DNA of 64,000 nt. Source: an uncultured delta proteobacterium (GTDB taxonomy: Bacteria; Desulfobacterota; Syntrophia; Syntrophales; UBA2185). This document shows positions 9,186-19,773 of the stretch, one piece after another. Position 1 is the first letter of the stretch, and each line of letters starts with the position of its first letter. Where the stretch lies: assembly GCA_963695875.1 (NCBI GenBank), contig CAVOID010000008.1:1-64000 (forward strand), given 5' to 3'. Below the pieces are notes generated by a model. It made no database searches. It saw nothing but the letters and a program-made list of their open reading frames with translations, and was not told where the DNA came from. A program made the position numbers and the translations under genes.

Positions 9186-10280
9186 TCAAGAGTGAAACCT
9201 AAAATATGCAATATCGCCATCGGTTACGATGTAATCTTTCCCTTCAAATCGAGTAACACCACTTTCTTTTGCAGCAGATAAGCCACCCAACCGAATGAAG
9301 TCATTAAAATGAATGATCTCTGCCTTGATGAATCCTTTCTCCATATCACTGTGTATCTTGCCTGCGGCGGCTGATGCTTTTGTTCCAGTTTGTATAGTCC
9401 ATGCCCGAAGTTCAGGGCCGACCGTGGTGTAAAAGGTTATTAATCCTAAAAGATCATATCCTTCTCTGATGAGTTTCTGAAGACCTGATTCGTGAAGACC
9501 GAGTTCATTAAGAAATTCTTTTTGTTCATCTTTGGGAAGTTCTGTTATCTCTGCTTCCATATCACCACAGATTACAATTATCTTAGCTCCTTCTATTCGG
9601 GCAATTTCTTCAATTTTTTGAATATGTGAACTACCCTCCTTAAGGATAGCTTCGCTGACATTGGCAACATATAGCACTTTCTTAGCTGTTAAAAGATGAA
9701 GGTCCCTGACAATAAATTCCTCATCATCGTGAAGAACAATTTTTCGTGCAGGGGTACCCTTTCCCAGAATATCCTTGATATGAAGATACGTGTCGTGCTC
9801 TTTGCGTGCGAGTTTGTCACCTGATTTTGCGAGACGTTCGACTTTTGAAATTCTCTTTTCCAGTGTCTCAATATCAGCGATTATCAATTCAGTGTTTATT
9901 ATATCTATGTCACGAGCAGGATCAATTGCACCGTATATATGAACAACGGATGGATGCTCAAAGCATCTTACAATATGTACAATGGCATCAACTTCCCTGA
10001 TATGCCCAAGAAACTTATTCCCCAGGCCTTCTCCACGGCTTGCACCTTTAACAAGACCGGCAATATCTACAAATTCCATGGAGGTATATGTGACCTTGGG
10101 GGGTTTTATAATTTGAGCGATTTTTTCGAGTCTTTCATCAGGAACAGGTACAATACCGATGTTGGGATCAATGGTACAAAATGGATAGTTGGCGACCTCG
10201 GCGCATGCGGCTGTCACAGCATTAAAGATTGTGGATTTTCCTACGTTTGGCAAGCCTATAATGCCACATCTGAAACCCAC
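9186..10280 (-). CDS. ychF: Redox-regulated ribosome-binding ATPase YchF
   Basis: [45 protein letters not shown] motifs. Likely GTG start at 10280. Confidence 0.95.
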   Translation of the reverse strand: MGFRCGIIGLPNVGKSTIFNAVTAACAEVANYPFCTIDPNIGIVPVPDERLEKIAQIIKPPKVTYTSMEFVDIAGLVKGASRGEGLGNKFLGHIREVDAIVHIVRCFEHPSVVHIYGAIDPARDIDIINTELIIADIETLEKRISKVERLAKSGDKLARKEHDTYLHIKDILGKGTPARKIVLHDDEEFIVRDLHLLTAKKVLYVANVSEAILKEGSSHIQKIEEIARIEGAKIIVICGDMEAEITELPKDEQKEFLNELGLHESGLQKLIREGYDLLGLITFYTTVGPELRAWTIQTGTKASAAAGKIHSDMEKGFIKAEIIHFNDFIRLGGLSAAKESGVTRFEGKDYIVTDGDIAYFRFHS

Positions 10281-10471
10281 TGTATCCCCCTTTGTTAAGG
10301 ATCGATTAATATACACTATTTTTTTGTAAGAATTATAGAGGCGGTAGAAATAATGTCAAGTCCTTTTCACGGAATCGCTTATAGTGCAGATACCGTAAGT
10401 ACTTGGCGAGGCAACGCAGGTCACGTTTCAATAGTAAGGACTTATCACAGAGATGTGTGGTATATACCCTT

Positions 10472-12152
10472 TCATCGGAATTGTTCTGGTACCTTGTAAA
10501 GGCCGCCCGACCACATAACGAGATCATCCATGGAATGGGCTGCCAATAGCGACGTGTTTGCTTCGGTCAGATCGATTCCCAGGTCGTCTGGTGTTTGAAC
10601 TACCTTCCGCCTTCTTAGGTCTGCGGTCTCGTCCGCCTTAGCCTGCCTCCCAATGTCCGTGTCTCCGGCAACAGCCTTTATGGCGGCCTCCCTTTCCTGC
10701 AATGTGGTACACTTATGGAGATGGGCGATCCCCTTCTCGGAAACGATCTGGGTAACGGCATCACCGTATATCATGACTGGAGGAACTTTCAGGCTTGCCC
10801 GCTTCATCAGTTCCCATGCATCGAGCTTCTCCACGAAACATTGAATCCCCTTAGGACCACGGGTCTCAAGTATCTGGACGACGAGCTTGCGGCCCCGGGG
10901 CATATCGCCGATAAGGCCCGGTCGCATACCGCTCTCCTTGCCCACCTTGACCCAGGTTGCGCTGGAATGGCGCCGGCCTGGCGAGTCGCAGCCCATGTTA
11001 GGTGCTCCTCCGAAGCCGGCGATGCGGTCAGCTACTGCAGTGGAGCTGTTCCCGTACCGGTCTATCTGGAGTGTAGAGCCCACGAAAGCGTCCACGGCAT
11101 AGTGCCCCACTGCCTGGCAAAAGGCCCGGTTCGACCGAAGGTTACCGTCGGGTCCCACGAAGAAGATGTCCGATCGGGCTCCCACATAATCCTCCGTTCC
11201 CACCTCGGAACCGAAGGAATGGATTGCTTCCACAAATCCCGCTTCAATGGCCGGAATCATGGTGGGATGTGGATTGAGTGCCCAGTGCGTGCATATCTTA
11301 CCCTTGAGGCCGAGTTGTGCGGCATATGTAGGAAGGAGGAGCTCAATTGCCGCGGTGGCGTAACCGATTCCGTGGTTGAGGGAGCGCAGTCCGTATTCTG
11401 CATATATACCCTTGATTACCATCATGGCCGTAAGGACATGCACATCCCTGATCTGGGCAGGGTCACGGGTAAAGAGGGGCTCGATGTAGCAGGGTCTTCC
11501 TGTGGGAATGACAAAGTCGACCCATCCGCCCGGAATATCGACACGGGGCAGTTTGCTCACAACCTTCTCCACTTGCGCCACTACGATACCCTGTTTGAAA
11601 CGAGTAGCCTCCACGATGGCAGGTGTATCCTCCGTGTTGGGACCGGTGTACAGGTTGCCGTTCTTGTCCGCCAGGGAGCCCACAACGAGCGCGACTCGAG
11701 GCGTAAGATCGAGGAAGTAGCGGGCGAAAAGCTCGAGGTAGGTATGAATCTCCCCAATCTGCATCTTAGATTCATTTACGAGCTTTGTTACCTGCACAGC
11801 CTGGGGACCGGAAAATGAGAAATCAATTTTCTTGGCGATCCCCCGGACAAATATCTCGCAATGGGAAGGCAGGGCGATGACCGACTGGACCATGTGAAGT
11901 CCGTTGACCTTCGACAGGATCGACTTTACAAAGACAGTCTGCCAGAAACTCCGCCTGCTTTTGATTGTTCCCTTCCAGGGCCACACGGTCTCCGGGACGG
12001 ATAATTGTCTCCAGGAGGGCAACGGCACGGGAGGGGTCTACAATCTTGCCTTTGCCCCCTTCCGTCAGTACCTTCGCCTTGGCCATCCGTGTCTTGAATT
12101 CCTTCTTGCGGCATTCCCAGTCTTCTCTGGCATGTATAATCTGTGCTCCCAT
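10472..12152 (-). CDS. mdcA: Malonate decarboxylase alpha subunit (MdcA/MadA acyl transferase); +1 frameshift near 11915
   Basis: GDRVALEGNNQKQAEFL, FSFSGPQ, IHTYLELFARYF.DLTP, GNLYTGPNTEDTP, NHGIGYATAAIELLLPT, GFGGAPNMG motifs. SD GGAGGTG before ATG 12152. Confidence 0.9.
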
Positions 12153-12172
12153 AAATTCACCTCCGAGGATGT

Positions 12173-12213
12173 AAAAAAAATGGTGCCCCACTCTCGATAT
12201 GCGGGACACCATT
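12173..12213 (-). terminator. Intrinsic terminator-like hairpin between symporter and mdcA
   Basis: Minus-strand AATGGTGTCCCGC / GTGGGGCACCATT stem followed by a U tract. Confidence 0.55.
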
Positions 12214-12231
12214 CTCATTAACAACACATGA

Positions 12232-13761
12232 CTAGCTTGCCTTTGTGTGGAAGACGTGATCGAGATGTTCCTTGTCAGGCATATCGCTTGCCGTCAACTT
12301 GCAGATGATGAAATAGGCGATGAGGGATATGATGAATCCCGGTATAATTTCATGGATGTCCTTCATACCGGGAAGATAAAATCGCAAGCCGAAGCGCCAG
12401 ATCACGGTAGTGGCGATACCGATGATCATGGAATAGAACGCGCCCTTCCCTGTTCCCCACCGCAGGAAGAGGCCACCAAATACGGCCGGGAAGAAGCCCG
12501 CCGTAAAAACTGCCCCCGAAAAGGCCGTCAGCTCCACAATCCCCGCCGGCGGATAGAGCGTGATAACGAAAACGATGGCGCTGTAGATCCACATGAACCA
12601 CTTCGTGTAACTTACCTGCGTCTTTGGCTCCAAAGGCTTTATAACTGTCCAGATGTCACCGACTAAGGCTGTGCCGACAATGATCGATACGGCTGCGTAG
12701 GAAGACATGCCGGCCGCGAAGAGACCTGCCATAACGGTCCCCGTTACCCAGGGATTTCCGAATTTCGCCAGCATGAATCCGACAACTTCGTCCGTATGCT
12801 TGATGAGATAGGCGGCTTCCTGGTCCGTAGCCATCCCATGGACGAGGGCACCCACGGCGAATACGCAGGCCAGTGAAATGCCCAGAAAGATCGGGGTGGC
12901 GATCATCGCGAACTTCATGCTTTTCGCGTTGTCAATGGAGTAAAACCGGATTAAACAGCGGGGTTCGGCTATCTGTTTCATGCCCACGGCAAGGCCGATA
13001 CTGGTGATGTATGCGAAAGAAACGAGGGTGCAAAAGGTCATGAGGCCGTTTCCCATGGGTTGTCCTTTTGCCGTCAGGTGCGCCGTGTTGGCAACGCTAT
13101 ACATGAGAGGTTCCCAGCCGCCCACGTACATGACCGGAACCATGACCATGAGAATGGCCACAAAGAACATAATCAGACCCTGCACGGCATCCGTCCAGAG
13201 GACGCTGTACATGCCCCCCATGACTGAGTAGAGGGTCGTGATAAAGATGACCAGGAAGGCGCCCCAGAAGTAAGGTATATCGAGTGTAGATTTTAATAGA
13301 TGGGCGCAGCCCTTGGCAATCGCCGTCATGTACCACAGGGTAGCAAACAGGATGATGACAGCGGAAAAAATCCTGATGGCCTTGGAATATTTGCTCTTGT
13401 AGCGGAAGTCAAAATAATCGGGGATTGTGACGGAGCTCAGCTTGGCTGTCTGTACCCTCATCCTCGGGCCCAAAAGGAGCCATGAGATCATGCAGAAAAC
13501 CACCCAGTAGAAGCCGACCCACACCCACGAGAGACCCGCCTGAAACGAAAAGCCCGCCTGCCCGACGTATGTATTTGTGCTGATGAATGTAGAAAAAAAG
13601 GCAAGTGCAATGGCCCAGCCGGGTATTGACCTCTTTGCGACATAAAAGGCGTCGACACCTTCAGCAGCCCTCTTCTTAAACCACTGGCCTATACCCAAGC
13701 AGAACCCGGTATAGACAATCATGATGACTAATATGGCCCAATATTTTGCTATGTATTCCAT
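12232..13761 (-). CDS. Sodium:solute symporter (SSS) family transporter
   Basis: About 13 TM segments. FYVAKR, TIPDYF..RY, YSVMGGMYSVLWTDAVQG, AAGMSS motifs. Confidence 0.9.
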   Translation of the reverse strand: MEYIAKYWAILVIMIVYTGFCLGIGQWFKKRAAEGVDAFYVAKRSIPGWAIALAFFSTFISTNTYVGQAGFSFQAGLSWVWVGFYWVVFCMISWLLLGPRMRVQTAKLSSVTIPDYFDFRYKSKYSKAIRIFSAVIILFATLWYMTAIAKGCAHLLKSTLDIPYFWGAFLVIFITTLYSVMGGMYSVLWTDAVQGLIMFFVAILMVMVPVMYVGGWEPLMYSVANTAHLTAKGQPMGNGLMTFCTLVSFAYITSIGLAVGMKQIAEPRCLIRFYSIDNAKSMKFAMIATPIFLGISLACVFAVGALVHGMATDQEAAYLIKHTDEVVGFMLAKFGNPWVTGTVMAGLFAAGMSSYAAVSIIVGTALVGDIWTVIKPLEPKTQVSYTKWFMWIYSAIVFVITLYPPAGIVELTAFSGAVFTAGFFPAVFGGLFLRWGTGKGAFYSMIIGIATTVIWRFGLRFYLPGMKDIHEIIPGFIISLIAYFIICKLTASDMPDKEHLDHVFHTKAS

Positions 13762-13849
13762 ATGACTGTTCTCCTTTTAAAGAAAGAAACAACCGAGGTA
13801 TAAACTAACCCCTGTGGAGCAGGCAGCCGCAATTCCGTAGGATTACGGA

Positions 13850-13993
13850 TCAGCCCACGCTGCACGAGCCTCCCTTTTCGTCATCACCTTCTTCTTCGCC
13901 ATGAAACACTACCTTCATTCGTGAAACGATGATCGCATTGATGATAGTAAGAAGGATGATCCCCCAGTAACCCATTCCCGTCATAAAATCCAT
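13850..13993 (-). CDS. Small membrane protein (47 aa), probable symporter accessory subunit
   Basis: MDFMTGMGYWGIILLTIINAIIVSRMKVVFHGEEEGDDEKGGSCSVG: one TM helix plus acidic tail. SD AAGGGGG. Directly upstream of the SSS gene; below the ORF-track cutoff. Confidence 0.65.
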   Translation of the reverse strand: MDFMTGMGYWGIILLTIINAIIVSRMKVVFHGEEEGDDEKGGSCSVG

Positions 13994-14160
13994 AACCACA
14001 CCCCCTTAGTAAGATTAACTTTGATCTATAAGGCCTTAATCCTTGAAACTTGCTTCGACCTTGCCTCTCCTATGATAATAAATCTCTTATTTTCATTCCA
14101 GACTCGATAAGCCTGCCACGAATTTAATACGGCGAATTCCAGCATCAGCCCTCTCGACAT

Positions 14161-14721
14161 TTATTCCCGCCCATACACGCCCATCAACGAACCTTCTGCC
14201 AGGATGTGGCCTTTCATGGCCTCAACGAGCTCCTCCTTTTTTGCGCCTTCCTTCAGATTTGTCGGCACATCCAGGGCATAAACCCTGAAAAAGAAGCGAT
14301 GCTCGCCTGCAGGCAAACATGGGCCGGAATAGCCCATCTGATCGAAGTCATTCTTGCCCTGCTTGGCGCCGAAATCAAGTTGTCCCGTTTTAGCTACGGA
14401 CTGGGGCAGATTCGTTATACCGGCAGGAATATCATAGATTACCCACTGTACCCAGTTGCCCGTCGGGTTGTCAGGTGTTTCACAGATGACGGCAAAAGAT
14501 TTTGTACCTGCCGGGGCATTTTTCCACTCTAAGGGAGGCGATATGTCCACGTCGTCACAGGTATACTTGTCTGACATCGACTTTGCGTTACCGAAAGCTG
14601 TGCTCTTCACATCAAGTACGGGTCCCTTTTTTGTCGTATCTCCAGTTTTAGAGCAGGAACCGAACACCAGAAAAGAAACCACAATTAGTAAATAGAGAAA
14701 CAATCGCTCTTTAAAATACAT
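14161..14721 (-). CDS. YbhB/YbcL (PEBP/RKIP-like) family protein, likely lipoprotein
   Basis: YTCD..DISPPLEW..P.GTKSFAVIC, GKNDF..GYSGPC.P.GEHR motifs. Lipobox-like VFGSC. Confidence 0.88.
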   Translation of the reverse strand: MYFKERLFLYLLIVVSFLVFGSCSKTGDTTKKGPVLDVKSTAFGNAKSMSDKYTCDDVDISPPLEWKNAPAGTKSFAVICETPDNPTGNWVQWVIYDIPAGITNLPQSVAKTGQLDFGAKQGKNDFDQMGYSGPCLPAGEHRFFFRVYALDVPTNLKEGAKKEELVEAMKGHILAEGSLMGVYGRE

Positions 14722-15141
14722 ACTTAAAAAATTACCTTCCTCCAAAATTATTGGAATCCTTCATATAGTTGTACTGGTCACTTAATAATAACGAATAATA
14801 ATGTTTATCTCTATTACATATATCTATCTCTTTTGAGCAGCCGGTTTTTCAATGATCTGTTGATAATCTCGGATTAGGTCAAAAAATAGGGGAATGATTT
14901 TCAAAGGTATTGGCTAGTTCTTTTTTTTCATATCACAATTTGTACTTGAGATCAAATATGAACAAGAAAATTAAAGAAAAGTGTCTCGAAGGAAGAACTG
15001 CAGGCTGATTTCACAATTACAAAGAACCTGCTGGCGAATTACTTGGTCCTGTTCTCTTTCTATTGGGAGAATTGTTGCGGGAGTGCGAAGCTTGAGGTTA
15101 GGTCTTATATGAGATTGGCAAATCTTTTTTGTTAGAATAGA

Positions 15142-15747
15142 TCAACAAGAAAGCGTATCATCGTTTTTATTAGGAGGATTGGGAATTCTTTCGTTGTAAT
15201 GATTCATCGCTGCCTGAATCCCTGATGAGACGGTCATCGTCACAGCATCACTTGCTGACGCTGTAATCCGTGGGAGCAGTTTCATTTCATCTTCCGTAAA
15301 CGGTTCAAGCACGTATTTCTCAACCATTGACCTATCAGGTGGTTTTGTAATGCCAATTCTTACCCTGATAAATTCCATATCGCCTAAATGATTTATTATG
15401 GAAATCAGTCCCTTGTGTCCCGCATGTCCACCGCCTGCCTTCAGCCGGATTGTTTCAAACGGCAGATCAATATCATCATGAACAATGATCAGGTCTTCGA
15501 GATCAATTTTAAAATAATCAATTAGCTTTTTGACAGAAACGCCACTGATATTCATATAGGTTTGCGGCTTGGCGAGCAAGACCGGAATATCTCCGATCTT
15601 GCCTCTTCCAAAACAGGCATCAAATCCTTTCAAGCTCACGGAAATGCTGTAATCGGAAGCTAACTTATCAATGACCAAGAATCCAATATTATGTCTCGTG
15701 TATTGGTACCTTGAACCAGGATTTCCCAGCCCGATTATAAGCCTCAA
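15142..15747 (-). CDS. pth: Peptidyl-tRNA hydrolase
   Basis: [32 protein letters not shown] motifs. Confidence 0.95.
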   Translation of the reverse strand: MRLIIGLGNPGSRYQYTRHNIGFLVIDKLASDYSISVSLKGFDACFGRGKIGDIPVLLAKPQTYMNISGVSVKKLIDYFKIDLEDLIIVHDDIDLPFETIRLKAGGGHAGHKGLISIINHLGDMEFIRVRIGITKPPDRSMVEKYVLEPFTEDEMKLLPRITASASDAVTMTVSSGIQAAMNHYNERIPNPPNKNDDTLSC

Positions 15748-15786
15748 GCTGTAACCTCTTAAGTGGAGTGGATTTCTTGCACTTAA

Positions 15787-16426
15787 TTATTCAACAGCCG
15801 GTTCCTGCGACTCCTCCGGTTCTTGTTCCTGTTCCTCTGCCTCTGCCTGTTCAACCTTAACGGTGACTTTGGGTGCTGTGACTGATGCTATAATTGTATC
15901 TTCAGGATCAAGGACGGTAATACCCTCAGGAAGTTTTATGTCGTGTACCTTTATTGAATCACCGATGTTAAGACCACTCACGTCTACTTCAACAAAATCG
16001 GGCAGAACTGCAAAGAGGCATGAAACCTTTATATCTCTCTTAATATGATGCAGTTCGCCTCCGGTTTCGACACCAGGGGCGACTCCCGTAAAATGAATGG
16101 GTATGTCGATGGTCATAGCCTGTTTCTTGTCGATTTCAAAAAAATCAACATGAAGGAATTTCCCACTTACAGGCTCTATCTGCAGTTCCTTGATAAGGGT
16201 AAACTTTTCAATTTTATTACCGTTGTCAACATGTAGATTTATGAATACATTTTCTTCTTTGCCTTTTAATATCTTCATTAACTCGGCAGAGTTCACGGAC
16301 AACAGAACCGGCTCAGTTTTAGAACCATAGACTACTGCCGGGACAAACCCGTCTTTCCTCAATCTTCGGGCGACTACCTTTTCCAGTATCCTTGCGGCGA
16401 CTTGCCTTTAACTCACTTATTTCCAT
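15787..16426 (-). CDS. rplY: 50S ribosomal protein L25/Ctc; +1 frameshift near 16380
   Basis: MEISELKASRRKDTGK..ARRLRKDGFVPAVVYG, HVDF and TL5-type C-terminal domain. Lies between prs and pth. Confidence 0.92.
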
Positions 16427-16435
16427 CTACTCCTC

Positions 16436-17377
16436 CTATATAAAAAGCGAATGTACTGAATCGTTGTAATAGATGCGTCGAACGGCTTCACTTATGAGCC
16501 CCGCGACAGAAAGAACTTTAATGCGATTGCAAGACCTTGCTTTATCGTGCAAAGGGATAGTATCCGTGACAATAATCTCCTTGAGACTGGAGCTTTCAAT
16601 CCTCTCAATGGCTGGTCCTGAAAGAACCGGATGAGTACAGCATACGGAAACTTCCAGGGCTCCTGCTTGCTTGAGGGCCTCTGCTGCCTGTGTTATTGTT
16701 CCTGCCGTATCAATCATGTCGTCAAGTACGATCACCTTTGCGCCCTTTACATCACCGATGATATTCATGACACTTGACTCATTAGGACCTTCCCTTCTTT
16801 TATCGACAATGGCAATATTAACATCCAGCCGCTTACCAAAAGCCCGTGCTCTTTCGACACCACCTGTATCGGGAGAAACGATGACAATATTGCCCTGGTA
16901 ATTCTTCCTGATATACTCTAATAGGACAGGGGTAGCGAATAGATTATCGACGGGAATGTTAAAGAAACCCTGAATCTGACCGGCATGCAGGTCTATCGAA
17001 AGTACGCGGGAGGCACCTGCCGTTGTGATAAGATCTGCGACCAGCTTTGCCGAAATCGGCGCCCTCGGGGCTACTTTCCGATCCTGCCTCGCATAGCCAT
17101 AATAAGGGATTACGGCCGTCACCCGGTCTGCAGATGCCCTCTTCATGGCATCAATCATGATCAGGAGCTCCATGCAGGTGATATTTACCGGCGGACAAGT
17201 CGATTGAATAATGAATACATCCATGCCACGCACGTTTTCATTGATTTCCACCCTTGTCTCGCCGTCACTGAATGTAGACACATTAGCCTTTCCACGAGAT
17301 ACACCCAGGTTTTCACAGATTTTTTGGGCAAGTGGTATATTTGCATTGCCGGAGAATATTCTCATTCTATCAAGCAT
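16436..17377 (-). CDS. prs: Ribose-phosphate pyrophosphokinase
   Basis: FSDGET, PYYGYARQDRK, DLHAGQIQGFF, DDMIDTAGT motifs. Confidence 0.96.
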   Translation of the reverse strand: MLDRMRIFSGNANIPLAQKICENLGVSRGKANVSTFSDGETRVEINENVRGMDVFIIQSTCPPVNITCMELLIMIDAMKRASADRVTAVIPYYGYARQDRKVAPRAPISAKLVADLITTAGASRVLSIDLHAGQIQGFFNIPVDNLFATPVLLEYIRKNYQGNIVIVSPDTGGVERARAFGKRLDVNIAIVDKRREGPNESSVMNIIGDVKGAKVIVLDDMIDTAGTITQAAEALKQAGALEVSVCCTHPVLSGPAIERIESSSLKEIIVTDTIPLHDKARSCNRIKVLSVAGLISEAVRRIYYNDSVHSLFI

Positions 17378-17408
17378 GAAAATTCCTTTCACAAAAAGTA
17401 GTTATGTA

Positions 17409-17483
17409 TGGCTGGGGCGGGAGGATTCGAACCTCCGTATGCAAGAACCAAAATCTTGTGTCTTACCGCTTGACGACGCCCCA
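17409..17483 (-). tRNA. tRNA-Gln (anticodon TTG)
   Basis: TGGGGCGTCGTCAAGCGGTAAGAC...CAAGA-TTTTGGT-TCTTG...GGTTCGAATCC...CCCAGCCA, in the usual ispE-tRNA-Gln-prs position. Confidence 0.95.
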
Positions 17484-17549
17484 TTATGGATTGCATTGAA
17501 AGAACTCATCTCCTGCAAAAACAGGCGATAAGTTATGATGAAATTCCTG

Positions 17550-18393
17550 TCACAGGGAATGGGCCATATATGTAGACCATTCCTTCCCTCCGATGCATCT
17601 TAAAGCCTCATTAGCTTTTGCCGCTTCCTCTTCCTCTGCGAAAATTCCTGCAACGGTTGGACCGCTGCCGGACATTAGTGCTCCAAGAGCGCCATTCTGC
17701 AATAAAAGATTCTTCAAATGCTGCAAAATAGGATGATGGACCAGAGTGACCTTTTCGAGATCATTATGAAGTCCTTTTATCAGACGGTCTACCGTATAAA
17801 ACTCTAAATATTTATACCTTACCGCTCGTTTTGTCAATCTTAAATTGAGATTTTCATAAATCATTTTTGTCGATACTTCAAAGCCAGGATTAATCAGGAC
17901 ATACCATATTAAAGGAACTTGCCCGGCAGTCCGAAGTCGATCACCGATACCGAATGCCCATGCCGTCTTCCCAAAAATAAAAAAAGGCACGTCTGCTCCG
18001 ATTCCAGCACCTATTTTCATGAGCTCTGCTGTCGTATAATGAAGCCCCATCAAATCGTTTATGGCCATCAAGGCGGTAGCCGCATTAGAGCTTCCTCCGC
18101 CAAGTCCCGCCGCAATAGGAATCCTTTTTCTAATGGTAATATGGATGCCCGGTCTGCATGAAGAACGGGAGAGAAGGGCATCTGCTGCCCTGTAAACGAT
18201 GTTGTTTTCATTTTCCGGGAGTGTGCTGCCCGGACAGCTCACAGTGATACCGTGGTCGGCGGGGGAGAATATCATTTCATCATAAAGGCTAATCCTTTGC
18301 ATCAGGGTTGCTATATCATGGTATCCATCTTCCCGCTTTCTCAGTACCCGTAAGGTGGAGATTAACCTTTGCAGGTGATAATTTCCTGATCAT
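17550..18393 (-). CDS. ispE: 4-diphosphocytidyl-2-C-methyl-D-erythritol kinase; +1 frameshift near 18351
   Basis: SPAKVNLHL..REDGYHDIATL, IPIAAGLGGGSSNAA, GADVPFF, MSGSGPT motifs. Confidence 0.93.
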
Positions 18394-18797
18394 CCACCGG
18401 CCTTTTCTTTTACATATCTCATCATCAGCTCGTACAGTATTCCCTCTAATAGTTCCTTTTCATTTTCATCGAGATTTCCCACAGTCTTATTTTTTAACAT
18501 GTTCAACATGTCAATGGTATGTTTTGCCGCAGCGAGATTCTTTTCTGCTTTTTTTGTTACCGGGTCAGGAAAGTCGCCAAAATGATACATGACGGTTGTG
18601 CTTAGCGAAAACACGAAGCTGGAAAAGGTAACTTCCGGGAAATATTCTTCTCGGGTTTTTTCGGGGGGCCCTTCCTCTGTTGTCGCACGTGATCTAGTCT
18701 CTTCTTCTTTTAACTCTTCCTTGCGGGATTCCCCGGTTTCATCAAAAATTCGTTTATCCTTGATTACAAATCCTTTTTCTGTTTTTTCTTCTTCCAT
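18390..18797 (-). CDS. DUF1844 family protein
   Basis: PEVTFSSFVFSL, AKHTIDML.ML..KT.GNL...E...L...LYEL motifs. ATGA overlap with ispE. Confidence 0.8.
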   Translation of the reverse strand: MEEEKTEKGFVIKDKRIFDETGESRKEELKEEETRSRATTEEGPPEKTREEYFPEVTFSSFVFSLSTTVMYHFGDFPDPVTKKAEKNLAAAKHTIDMLNMLKNKTVGNLDENEKELLEGILYELMMRYVKEKAGG

Positions 18798-18924
18798 AGG
18801 AATCTCCTTCTCTATAAAAATTACAGCCTTGTCGATCAGTAATCGGTGAATGAAGAACGGATATCAGTTCACACCTGAGACTATCACATCTGAGTTACTG
18901 TAAAGGTGATCTTATAAATTTCGT

Positions 18925-19773
18925 TTACAGCGGTTTCATACTTCTCAGTCTTGCAATGCGCTCCTCAATGGGGGGATGCGTACTGAAGAGATTCATGAGA
19001 GATTTTCCTGTCAGCGGGTTTACAATAAACATATGGGCCGTTGACGGATTTGCTGCCATAGGGATTGCCTGTGATGCCTTTGACAGCTTTTCGAGAGCTC
19101 CTGCCAGGCCGTAAGGCTTTCCAGACACTTTTGCCCCACCAGCGTCCGCCAAATATTCCCGGGATCTCGAAATTGCCATCTGGATAATCGTTGCCGCAAT
19201 AGGTGCCAGGATTGCCATCAATATCAGACCGATGACACCTCCGCCTTCTTCGTCACTGTCACGGCTCGAACCTCCAAAGATAGCCGCCCATTGAGCCATA
19301 TTGGCGAGCATTACGATGGCGCCGGCAAGTGTTGCCGCAATGGAACCTATAAGCATGTCCTTGTTTTTGATATGTGTCAATTCATGGGCGAGAACACCTT
19401 CCAACTCTTCTTTGTTCAGCATTCTCAGGATTCCCTCGGTCACGGCAACCACAGCGTGGCCCTCATTGCGTCCTGTGGCGAACGCATTGGGAGTATCACC
19501 GGGAACAATATAGACTTTCGGCATGGGAAGTCCCGCTTTTAACGCAAGGTTCTTCACAATGCGGTAAAGATCAGGAGCCTCGCTTTCCGAAACCTCCTGC
19601 GCGTGGTACATCCGCAAAATCAGCTTGTCCGAAAACCAGTATGCCCCAAAGTTCATTACCATGGCAAAAATAAACGCAATGACAACGCCGCTTTTTCCGC
19701 CGAAGTATCCTCCGATCAACATTAAAAGACCTGTCAGGGCACCAAGTAACAAACCCGTCTTGATAATATTCAT
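18925..19773 (-). CDS. htpX: Zinc metalloprotease HtpX
   Basis: [34 protein letters not shown] motifs. Confidence 0.95.
   Translation of the reverse strand: MNIIKTGLLLGALTGLLMLIGGYFGGKSGVVIAFIFAMVMNFGAYWFSDKLILRMYHAQEVSESEAPDLYRIVKNLALKAGLPMPKVYIVPGDTPNAFATGRNEGHAVVAVTEGILRMLNKEELEGVLAHELTHIKNKDMLIGSIAATLAGAIVMLANMAQWAAIFGGSSRDSDEEGGGVIGLILMAILAPIAATIIQMAISRSREYLADAGGAKVSGKPYGLAGALEKLSKASQAIPMAANPSTAHMFIVNPLTGKSLMNLFSTHPPIEERIARLRSMKPL

Noticed and set aside
10715..11818. 367-aa + strand ORF and other long antisense ORFs (e.g. 34176-34814, 21542-22105, 57191-57823)
   Set aside because: Shadow frames of well-supported opposite-strand genes, with no recognisable motifs.
14100..14125. sigma54 promoter for the symporter-mdcA operon
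   Set aside because: TGGCA is present on the minus strand, but the -12 position reads GA rather than GC.
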